Source: Planctomycetota bacterium (GTDB taxonomy: Bacteria > Planctomycetota > UBA8108 > JACQVS01). From it: 64,000 nucleotides of DNA. Below, piece after piece: positions 50,491-58,645 of the stretch. Each line of letters starts with the position of its first letter. Within the stretch, counting starts at the first letter, position 1. The stretch spans positions 6,916-70,915 of the forward strand of contig JACQVS010000106.1 of the NCBI GenBank assembly GCA_016209605.1, in the 5' to 3' direction. Below the pieces are notes generated by a model that saw nothing but the letters and a program-made list of their open reading frames with translations, made no database searches and was not told the DNA's origin. The position numbers were made by a program, and so were the translations under genes.

Positions 50491-51585
50491 GTGAGCTTAA
50501 TCATTTTCAATCCATTCAAGTTTTTCAAAGCGCGGCAGCTCAAAAAAGCACTCGCCGACTACGAAAAAAATCCTGGTCTGGAAGAAACCGTCAGCGTGGT
50601 TCAGCTTTTCCTCAAGTGCGGGCGATGCACCGAAGCATTCCAGCACGCCGAGGCCGGGCGGCAGAAATTTCCAGCTTCCAGCGAGCTGAACATTCTGCGC
50701 CAGCTGGCCTACAATAAACTGGGAGCTTTGGAGTGCAGGGCGCTGGCAAAGCAGATCGCCGCCCACCCCCGCCCTGAGACCATCGCCAAGGCTGTCGAGA
50801 TCTGGCGCTCGTGCGAGAACTACCGCCAATGTGAGCGACTGAGGCATAAATGGAGAGATCGTTTTCCCGACAGCTGGATTCTCCAGTTTGCCATTGGAAA
50901 ATACCTTTTCCATCGCTCCCTGGACAAAAAGATCAAAGATCAAAGCTCTGAAATAAAAGTCCAGTGCCTGGAGCAGCTGAAGAGAGCCGCAGCTCTCAAT
51001 CCAGACAACTATAAATCTTTGCTTTATCTGGCCACCATCCTTTCGGGCACGGGATCGGTCTCGGATGCTCTGAAAACTCTGGATCGTTTGCTGAAGCTGT
51101 ATCCTGGCGACCAGAGGGCGGTGGCGCTGCGAGAGCGGATCCAGCGGTCCCAAAGAGGCCGCCAGGCGCCCCCGGGGCCCTTTGCCGCCGAGGCCTTCAA
51201 GGCGCCGCGGGAGGCCAAAGCAGGCCAGGAAGGCTCTGACGACATCTTCAACGACTTGCGGGAATCACCTTCCATTTTCGCCGCCGTGATTGAAGAAGGC
51301 CCAAAGGACAATCTTCAGGCGCAATGTTATTTCGCCGAAAACAGCTGTTTCAACTTCGAACAAGGGGAGGCGGCCTTCCGAGACCTCATGCACGCCCTGC
51401 GAGCGGCTTCCAAGCGCATGGGCCTCGGGGAGCTGAAGACCTGCATCCTGGAAGGCGGATCCTGGCGGATCTTTCTGGGCAACCACCCTGTCAAATCACT
51501 GTTGATTTGCACCGACAAGAATTTTCAGGAGACCAGATTTGAAACGGCGATCCGCCGGATCATTCAAGAGAAGGTCCTGGCGTGA
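50491..51585 (+). CDS. TPR-repeat protein with a probable C-terminal Roadblock/LC7-like domain
   Basis: 364 aa; helical TPR-like N-terminal two thirds. The C-terminal ~100 aa have a Roadblock-like strand/helix pattern (…TCILEGGSWRIFLG…SLLICTDKN…). Moderate confidence. Confidence 0.5.
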   Translation: MSLIIFNPFKFFKARQLKKALADYEKNPGLEETVSVVQLFLKCGRCTEAFQHAEAGRQKFPASSELNILRQLAYNKLGALECRALAKQIAAHPRPETIAKAVEIWRSCENYRQCERLRHKWRDRFPDSWILQFAIGKYLFHRSLDKKIKDQSSEIKVQCLEQLKRAAALNPDNYKSLLYLATILSGTGSVSDALKTLDRLLKLYPGDQRAVALRERIQRSQRGRQAPPGPFAAEAFKAPREAKAGQEGSDDIFNDLRESPSIFAAVIEEGPKDNLQAQCYFAENSCFNFEQGEAAFRDLMHALRAASKRMGLGELKTCILEGGSWRIFLGNHPVKSLLICTDKNFQETRFETAIRRIIQEKVLA

Positions 51586-51610
51586 GGATTTTTGAAACTG
51601 GGAGCTTCAG

Positions 51611-51961
51611 ATGAAGAATATTCTGAAGGATTTGAATCAAGAAGCCGGCATCAAGGGGAGCATGGTGATAACGCCGGATGGCATCATGGTCGCCTCCGCC
51701 CTCGGAGCGAATTTCGAGGAGGATGTGGTCGCCGCCATTGTCTCTTCATTGCTCGTGGCCGTGAGGAGAACACTCGCTCGTATCAAGGCTCCCGATGGAC
51801 TCAATTCCTGCATCTTGTATGCCAATAACGGCAAGATCATGTTTTATGACATGGGCAAAGCCTTTCTGGTGGTCGTTGCCGATATGAATCTGAAGATGGA
51901 CAGCAGCATCATCGCCATCAAGAGCGCGATCTATCGCATCCAGAACCGGCGGGTCGCATGA
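51611..51961 (+). CDS. Roadblock/LC7-domain protein (MglB-like paralog)
   Basis: 116 aa; GIKGSMVITPDGIMVAS…FLVVVADMNL pattern typical of Roadblock/LC7. Confidence 0.8.
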   Translation: MKNILKDLNQEAGIKGSMVITPDGIMVASALGANFEEDVVAAIVSSLLVAVRRTLARIKAPDGLNSCILYANNGKIMFYDMGKAFLVVVADMNLKMDSSIIAIKSAIYRIQNRRVA

Positions 51962-52098
51962 AAGCAGGTGGAGGGGGGCTACCTAGGAGGAAGGCAGAAG
52001 GATCGAGGTCTAAAAATTCCGAAAACATTCAACGATTCGACGATTTGAAATCCAGCATGCTATCATCCACTGAGTAGTCATCCTGTTGGAGAAGAGGA

Positions 52099-53115
52099 AT
52101 GGTCCAAATCAATTTCGCTCTAAAAGAAGTCAATTGCAAAATCGTCTTCTATGGCCCCGGCCTTAGTGGCAAAACCACCAACTTGGAGGTCATTCACAGC
52201 AAAGCTCCCAAGTCCAATGTGGGAGAACTCACCTCCATTGCAACGGAAGGAGACCGGACTCTTTTCTTCGACTTTCTCCCTTTGAACCTTGGGCAGGTTG
52301 CAGGGATGACCACCAAATTCCAGATCTACACGGTCCCCGGCCAGGTCTACTACAACTCCACCAGAAAACTGGTGCTCCAGGGGGCTGACGGAATCGTTTT
52401 CGTCGCCGACTCGCGGCGGGGCAAGATTGAAGAAAACCTCGAGTCCTTCAAGAATCTTGAAGATAACATGAAGGAGTACGGGATGGATCTTCACACCATC
52501 CCCCTGGTTTTCCAGTACAACAAGCGGGATCTCCAGGACATTTACACCATTGAAGAGCTGGAAAAGGCTCTCAACCACTTTGGAGCGCCTTACTTCGAAG
52601 CCGTCGCCGTCAACGGCGATGGAGTCTTCCCGACGTTGAAAAAAGTCTCCAGCATGGTCCTGGAGAACCTGAACAAGCAGCAGAGCCCGACCAAGGTCAA
52701 GGCCAAAAAGCCTCAAGCCGCCAAGGAGCCGGAGCTGGTTCCGGCCGGCAATGTTTCGAAAGAAGAGGCTGCCGCAGCCGCTTCAGGACCGGTTCGGGGC
52801 CCCGCGCCTCGCGGCGCTCCGGTCAGACCGCAAGCGGCGGCGCCAGTCCGGCATCAAAGTCCGGGCGCCGTCGTGGTCAAGGAAAAGGTCACCAGCGCGC
52901 CCGGCGTCAAGCCGATAGAGCGGAAAGTTCCGGCCGGCGGCTCCGTGGTCAAGCGTAGGCCGATGGCCGAGCCCGTGGCGGCGCCAGCGATATCGGCTGC
53001 CGCCAAGGGAGGTTCCGGTGGAGGCAAGCCGATCTTCTGGATCGTCATTCTGGTGGTCCTCGCAGGCGCTGCAGCGGCCATTTTCTTCAGTGGAATTTGG
53101 GAAAAATTCATTTAG
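52099..53115 (+). CDS. mglA: MglA-family Ras-like GTPase with a ~140-aa C-terminal extension ending in a transmembrane helix
   Basis: The first ~195 aa are closely similar to Myxococcus MglA (INCKIVFYGPGLSGKTTNL, DRTLFFDFLPL, YTVPGQVYY, QYNKRDL). A Pro/Ala/Lys-rich linker follows, then IFWIVILVVLAGAAAAIFFSGIW at the extreme C-terminus. Confidence 0.9.
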   Translation: MVQINFALKEVNCKIVFYGPGLSGKTTNLEVIHSKAPKSNVGELTSIATEGDRTLFFDFLPLNLGQVAGMTTKFQIYTVPGQVYYNSTRKLVLQGADGIVFVADSRRGKIEENLESFKNLEDNMKEYGMDLHTIPLVFQYNKRDLQDIYTIEELEKALNHFGAPYFEAVAVNGDGVFPTLKKVSSMVLENLNKQQSPTKVKAKKPQAAKEPELVPAGNVSKEEAAAAASGPVRGPAPRGAPVRPQAAAPVRHQSPGAVVVKEKVTSAPGVKPIERKVPAGGSVVKRRPMAEPVAAPAISAAAKGGSGGGKPIFWIVILVVLAGAAAAIFFSGIWEKFI

Positions 53116-53227
53116 GAGTTCAAACCCCTGAGCCAATTCGGTGCCATCGGGTTCTGGCCGTTCGGCTGGATGAGACGGAAGGAGGTCAGCCATTATAACC
53201 GACAGTGATAAAATCCGTGAAAGCCGT

Positions 53228-53701
53228 TTGGTTTTCTACAAGGATGATATTGACAAGATCAATACCGTCCTCAAGGAGTTCTTGAGCCTTTCCGATTCAA
53301 AATGCAACATGCTGATTGACAAGGAAGGCCATATGGTGACCAAGGCCGGGCACACGGAGGACTTCGACATGCAAGCGGTGGCCGCCCTGGTCGCCGGCAG
53401 CTACGCGGCAACGAGGGAAATGGCCCGCCTGCTCGGAGAAGAGGAGTTTTCCGTGCTCTTCCATCAAGGCAAGAAGGACAACATCCAGTTGACCTTGATC
53501 GGAGACCGGACCATTCTCGCGACCGTCTTCGATGAACGGACCACCATCGGCATGGTCCGCCTCTATGCCAAAGAAGCCTCGGAAAAGCTCACCAAGATTT
53601 TCGCGGAAATCGGAACCCGCCGCGTCGATGGGGAAAACCTCCTCGGCTCGGAATTTTCGGAGTCCGCCCGGAATCAGCTGGACAGTTTCTTCGCCGAGTG
53701 A
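53228..53701 (+). CDS. mglB: MglB-like Roadblock/LC7 GTPase-activating protein
   Basis: 157 aa; closely parallels Myxococcus MglB (…EEFSVLFHQGKKDNIQLTLIGDRTILATVFDERTTIGMVRLYAKEASEKLTKIF…). Confidence 0.85.
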   Translation: MVFYKDDIDKINTVLKEFLSLSDSKCNMLIDKEGHMVTKAGHTEDFDMQAVAALVAGSYAATREMARLLGEEEFSVLFHQGKKDNIQLTLIGDRTILATVFDERTTIGMVRLYAKEASEKLTKIFAEIGTRRVDGENLLGSEFSESARNQLDSFFAE

Positions 53702-53765
53702 AATCGCCAAGATCTGAAGGGATCAAGGAATTATTACCCTTGCTCCCTTCCGTGCTTGCGGAGCC

Positions 53766-54371
53766 CTACTCCCCTTCCTTGGGCCTGTCGGTGTTCTCCC
53801 GAATGTCCAGGAGGAGCTGAACCAGGTCATTTTGCTGGTCTCCGACATCCGAGAGCAGGAACGCCAGCTCCCCCAGAAACTTGAATCCCAGATAAAGCGC
53901 TGCCCCCAAGATCGCCCAGCCGATCAAGCACAGCATCATCACGGCAATGCTTTCGATCGCCCCCTCGATTTTCAAGTAAACCGTGATCCCCATGCCCCCC
54001 AGCACCAGGAAAGCTTGCAGGTAGGCGAAAAAAAGGAGCAGCTCGGACAGCGCGCGCAATCTCAAAAAGCGGGATGGGGCATTGGGGTTGAAGTATCGGA
54101 CGGCGCTTTGTCCCGTGCCAAAAGTTTCGTAATAGGGCCGGGCCGAGCGCCGCCGGCGCCGGCTCATCTTTTCAATCAGCGCCAGCCGCTTCCAATCCTC
54201 CTCGAGACCCGCTTGCCTCGAGGCTTGCAGCTCTTCCAGCTGCTGGATCTCTTCCTGGGTCCGGAGAACGGTCTTGGCGCCGCAGCGCGGGCATTCGATC
54301 TTCTTGCCGAGGGATTCCTCGGGCGCTGAAAACTTGCTTTTGCAGTTCGGGCAGATGCTTTTTATGGCCAT
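53766..54371 (-). CDS. Membrane protein with an N-terminal MJ0042-type zinc ribbon
   Basis: 201 aa; CPNC…CPRC ribbon followed by three predicted TM helices. Confidence 0.55.
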   Translation of the reverse strand: MAIKSICPNCKSKFSAPEESLGKKIECPRCGAKTVLRTQEEIQQLEELQASRQAGLEEDWKRLALIEKMSRRRRRSARPYYETFGTGQSAVRYFNPNAPSRFLRLRALSELLLFFAYLQAFLVLGGMGITVYLKIEGAIESIAVMMLCLIGWAILGAALYLGFKFLGELAFLLSDVGDQQNDLVQLLLDIRENTDRPKEGE

Positions 54372-54435
54372 AGGGTATCAACAAAGTCTACTCCATGGCG
54401 CCCCGGAAAGCCACGAGGGGGGCCGAGACTGGCTC

Positions 54436-56838
54436 TTACTGGTTCGTGGCCGCTTCCTTTTCCTTCGCCTCCTCGGCGGGCTTGGCCTCTTCTTTCTTCT
54501 CCTCTTTCAGCTCTGCCTTTTCAGCGGCCGGCGCTTCCACGGCCGGCGGGGCGGTTTCAAAGAGAAGCTGGATTTGATCGGCCATGGAGCCCTGCGCGGC
54601 GGAATAGGCGAAATAGCTGGCCTGGCGCAGCTTGAGGTTGGTATCGTTCATTCCATCGAGGATGATCTTCAAGAGGGAGGCATCGGCGCCGGCCGGAGCT
54701 CCATCCAGGATTTTACCGACCGCCCACATCGCCGCCTCGCGGACTTCCGGAGAGTTTTCCTTGGATTCGAACACCTTGGCTATGGAGCCAACCATACCTT
54801 GAGCCTGCCCCCGGAGATTCCCCAGCGCTCCCAAGCAGGGGATGCGGATGGAGTCCGGACGGTTGACCAGCACCGGCTCCAGGGCTCCGGCCACCTTGTC
54901 GAGGGTGAACCGGGTGGACCCGGCCGTCAGCCGCTCCAGGCTCCTGGCCGCGAGGCTGGCCAGGGCGATATCCTTCGCTCTGGCCGCATCCTCTTTCTCG
55001 AAGAGGGGCGCGAGGACGGTTTCCTTGAAATTCACGGCATCGACATCTTCGGGGATGACCAGCACCTTGTTCTCCTCGCTTTGGTAACGCTCTGATTCCT
55101 TCTGCAGATGGGCGGGATCCACCACCACCACGATCGGAACGGAGGCGGTCCGCTGGTTGCGCCGGAGCTGGCTCACCAGGAAATTGATGGGGGCGGCCTG
55201 TCGTTGAGCGGATGAGGAGGCGCCGAGAGCGGTGTCGACCACGATCAGGTCGGGCGGAATTTGCGAGGCGCGGACGATCCCCATTTCCGCGTTGGGCGAA
55301 TTGGAGAGCGACTCCAGGTTCAGCTCCTGGAACAGGCCGTCAAAGCGGCGGACGTGCTCGGGATTGCCCATCATCTTGTGCACCGTCCGGATGCCGCTGT
55401 TGACGATGGCTTCGGCCAGAGCGTTGACCACGGCCTCTCCTGTTTTTCCGGCGGCTTCATCGGCATTCCAATCGGCCAGGACCATGGCGGCATGAACCCG
55501 CACGGTCTTGGAGTTGCTCTCCCGGAGGGCCGCTAGCAGCGCTGCGGGCATAGCCCCGCGCCGCTGCGTTTGCCCGGCGACTTCCAGCAGCTTCTCGGCG
55601 ACCTCGTTCATGCGGTCATCCAAGGCCTGGCCGATCGCCCCGAAAAGGAAATCTTTGGGCGCGGCCAGGAGCCGCGGCTGGCGGAGGTAATCCATCGTGG
55701 CCTTCTGGGCATTGAGGGCGGACTTGACATCCTTCTGGCCGCTTTCCGGCGCCCCTTCCTTGGAGTAGAATTCCAGCCCCATTTGATATTCCACGAGCTG
55801 CAGGGCGTCATTGCACAGGGCCATCTCGCGGGCCGCCCGGAAGCCCGGATCCAGCTTGAGGGCCTGAACCAGCATCTGCTCCGCCATGCGCTCGTTGACC
55901 TGAAAGTCCGCCACCGCCTCCTCCACCACCTGATTGTCCTTCAAGTGATAGATGGTCGGCTGGTAGTACGGCTTGTTGAAGTCGTTCTTGTGAGGATTGA
56001 GATACAAGAAGCGGGCGATGTCGAGGTAGTAGAGCTTGGCATCCTTCAAGACGACTTCCGAAGTCTGGCCGCGGCCCAGAATCGCGATCAGGGACTCCTT
56101 GGCCACCGCTTTGACGCCGGCATCCTTGTCGGTCTGATAAAGCAGGGCCAGAGGGGCGACCGAAAATTCGTGCCGCATCGGCTTGGCCCCCAGAAGCCGG
56201 GCGACCGAGTTCCGCACCAGTGGCTCCGGATGGCCGGCGGCGGCGGCCAGCACCGGAACGGCATCGACGCCGATGTAGTGGGCGATCCACAATTCCGCGC
56301 GGGTGCGCGTCTCGATTTCCGAGTCCCCCAGCTTGGCAATGAGCTGCGGCACCAGATTGCGCCCGAACTCGGTGGCATGCTGGATCATCAGACGGAGCTG
56401 ATCCTGCGGCGAGGCGGCGAAAGTCTCATCGATCGCCGCCTTGATCTTCTCGGGATCATGGATGCGGCCCTTGATCCCGGTGCGCCGGGCATCGAGCAGT
56501 TTCAGCCCGGCTCCGGAAATGCGCGGATCCTTGTCCCGCACCAGGCGCAGGATTTCCGCCGCCATCACCTGGTCCATGGCGGTGGCAATAGCTTCTCCGG
56601 TGGGATCCAGGGCGAACACCTTTTCCAGAAGGGCCAGGGCCTCGGCGGCATTGCCTTCCTTGTACTTGGTGATCCCCTCATTGAGCAGGGCGGGAATGTC
56701 GGCCTCCCCCTCCGCTTGAGAGCGCTTACCGGAGAGCCAGGAGAGAGCGGTCAACACGACCAGAACAACTGCAAAAGTTGCACTCCAGGTTGAAAATTTT
56801 CGCAATGATTTACCGGCCATTTTTACTTGCTCCATCAC
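54436..56838 (-). CDS. HEAT/Armadillo-repeat protein with an N-terminal membrane anchor and an internal receiver-like (probably pseudo-receiver) domain
   Basis: 800 aa; N-terminal TM (ATFAVVLVVLTALSWL), repeated helical HEAT-like units (PEPLVRNSVARLLG, SPEVREAAMWAVGKIL). A central LIVVDTALG…VPIVVVVD segment resembles a CheY-like fold. C-terminal K/E-rich tail. Confidence 0.6.
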   Translation of the reverse strand: MMEQVKMAGKSLRKFSTWSATFAVVLVVLTALSWLSGKRSQAEGEADIPALLNEGITKYKEGNAAEALALLEKVFALDPTGEAIATAMDQVMAAEILRLVRDKDPRISGAGLKLLDARRTGIKGRIHDPEKIKAAIDETFAASPQDQLRLMIQHATEFGRNLVPQLIAKLGDSEIETRTRAELWIAHYIGVDAVPVLAAAAGHPEPLVRNSVARLLGAKPMRHEFSVAPLALLYQTDKDAGVKAVAKESLIAILGRGQTSEVVLKDAKLYYLDIARFLYLNPHKNDFNKPYYQPTIYHLKDNQVVEEAVADFQVNERMAEQMLVQALKLDPGFRAAREMALCNDALQLVEYQMGLEFYSKEGAPESGQKDVKSALNAQKATMDYLRQPRLLAAPKDFLFGAIGQALDDRMNEVAEKLLEVAGQTQRRGAMPAALLAALRESNSKTVRVHAAMVLADWNADEAAGKTGEAVVNALAEAIVNSGIRTVHKMMGNPEHVRRFDGLFQELNLESLSNSPNAEMGIVRASQIPPDLIVVDTALGASSSAQRQAAPINFLVSQLRRNQRTASVPIVVVVDPAHLQKESERYQSEENKVLVIPEDVDAVNFKETVLAPLFEKEDAARAKDIALASLAARSLERLTAGSTRFTLDKVAGALEPVLVNRPDSIRIPCLGALGNLRGQAQGMVGSIAKVFESKENSPEVREAAMWAVGKILDGAPAGADASLLKIILDGMNDTNLKLRQASYFAYSAAQGSMADQIQLLFETAPPAVEAPAAEKAELKEEKKEEAKPAEEAKEKEAATNQ

Positions 56839-57001
56839 TTTGTAGATCTGTATGTAGATCTAAACCTAGAATATTGAGAGGTAAGGCTTTATCGGAATTC
56901 CAATTATAGTGGAGGGGGGATCTAGGGTCAAGGGGGCTGGATTAATTCCTTTTCAGCCGGCCCCCCTTGCCATAAACTCCCCCTTGCCATAAACTCCCCG
57001 C

Positions 57002-58297
57002 ATGAAGCGAATCCTTTACTTAGACGCTTTTTCGGGCATCAGCGGCGACATGTTCCTGGGGGCCTTGGTGGATGCCGGCCTTCCCCTGGAGCCGCTCCTC
57101 AAGGGTCTCAAGGCCCTGGCGGTGGAAGGCTATCAAATTTCCGCCCAGAAGGTGTATCGGGGGCCGTTTCACGCCACCCGGCTGAAGGTGCATGTGAACA
57201 GCGGCACGGGAAATCGCTCGCCCGGCAACCAGCACGACCATTCGCACGGCCACGGGCACTCCCATTCGCACGATCACGGCCACTCGCCGCCGAAATCCGC
57301 ACCCGAAGCGGTCAATCCGGCCACCGAGCGGAGCTATCGGACCATCGTTCAGCTCATCCGCTCCAGCTCCCTGCCGGAGCGGGTTCAGGGGCTGGCCATC
57401 CGGGTTTTTACCCGCTTGGGCGAGGCGGAAGCCAGGGTGCACGGCGTACCGCTGGATGAAGTCCACTTCCATGAGGTGGGGGCAGTCGACTCCATCGTCG
57501 ACATCGTCGGCGCCTGCTTCGGGCTCTACTATCTCGATATCGAGACGGTCTGGTGCTCCCCCATCACCTTGGGAACCGGCTTGGCGAAGGGAGCCCATGG
57601 CACCTTCCCCCTGCCGGCCCCCGCCGCCCTGGAAGTGCTGAAGGGAGTTCCGGTGCGCCAGCGCGACACCGGTTTCGAGCTCTGCACCCCCACGGGCGCG
57701 GCGCTGGCCGCTTCCCTGGCCAGCGGCTTCGGCACCTTCCCGCCCCTGCGAGTCTCTTCGATCGGCTACGGCGCCGGCGACGATCGTCCCGGCGAGGTGC
57801 CCAACGTCCTGCGCGTCGTGATCGGGGAGAGCGGCGAGGCGCGGGAGCGCGACCGGGTGGTTCAGATCGAGGCCAACCTTGACGACGCCAGCCCCCAGTG
57901 GCTCGGCTACCTGCAAGAGCAGCTCCTCGCCGCCGGGGCTCTCGACGTCGCCATCACGCCGGTCTTGATGAAGAAGTCGCGGCCGGGGCACCTCCTCACG
58001 GTGCTGGCGACGCCAGGGAAAGAAGCGGTCCTCGAGGATTTGATCTTCCAGGAGACCCCCACCTTCGGCCTGAGGAAGCAGGAGGTGGAGAGGGTGATCC
58101 TGGCCCGCGATCTGGTCCCGGTCGCCACGCCGTGGGGGGAAGTGAGGGTCAAGGTCGGCCGGCGCGGCGGCGCCGTCGTCACCGCCGCGCCGGAGTATGA
58201 AGATCTGAAGAAGCTTGCCCAGAGCACCGGCCAGCCGATCAAGGAGCTGTCGAGGCGGGTGATGGAGGAGTTTCACCGGGGCGTCAAGTCCGGCTGA
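57002..58297 (+). CDS. larC: LarC-family nickel-pincer cofactor nickel insertase (DUF111)
   Basis: 431 aa; N-terminus MKRILYLDAFSGISGDMFLGAL. A His-rich insert HDHSHGHGHSHSHDHGH. C-terminal LarC_C domain. Confidence 0.88.
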   Translation: MKRILYLDAFSGISGDMFLGALVDAGLPLEPLLKGLKALAVEGYQISAQKVYRGPFHATRLKVHVNSGTGNRSPGNQHDHSHGHGHSHSHDHGHSPPKSAPEAVNPATERSYRTIVQLIRSSSLPERVQGLAIRVFTRLGEAEARVHGVPLDEVHFHEVGAVDSIVDIVGACFGLYYLDIETVWCSPITLGTGLAKGAHGTFPLPAPAALEVLKGVPVRQRDTGFELCTPTGAALAASLASGFGTFPPLRVSSIGYGAGDDRPGEVPNVLRVVIGESGEARERDRVVQIEANLDDASPQWLGYLQEQLLAAGALDVAITPVLMKKSRPGHLLTVLATPGKEAVLEDLIFQETPTFGLRKQEVERVILARDLVPVATPWGEVRVKVGRRGGAVVTAAPEYEDLKKLAQSTGQPIKELSRRVMEEFHRGVKSG

Positions 58298-58645
58298 TCC
58301 GCGCCATGGAGATGACACGGTTCCCGGAGCACTCGATCCCACTTCTTGGGAGACGCATCACCGCGAGGGTTCCGGGCTCTGCATGCGAGCCCGCAGCGCA
58401 TCCTCCACCTTTGCGGCGGCATCCTGTTTTCTTACAGTCAAGCTTTCACTGATACTGCAAACGAGCCGAAGGATCAATGGGAAATCGTGGCGCTTATCCG
58501 TATTTTGTGGACATCCAAACCGGCATGGCGTATATTTTCCTTCAGGGTTTTCCTTAATATCTGCGAGCGCTGGTCCGACCCTTTTACCTGATGACATGGG
58601 CCTCTGTGGGCTTCCAAAAGGCCCCGTGTCAGGGAGGAGTTTTCC

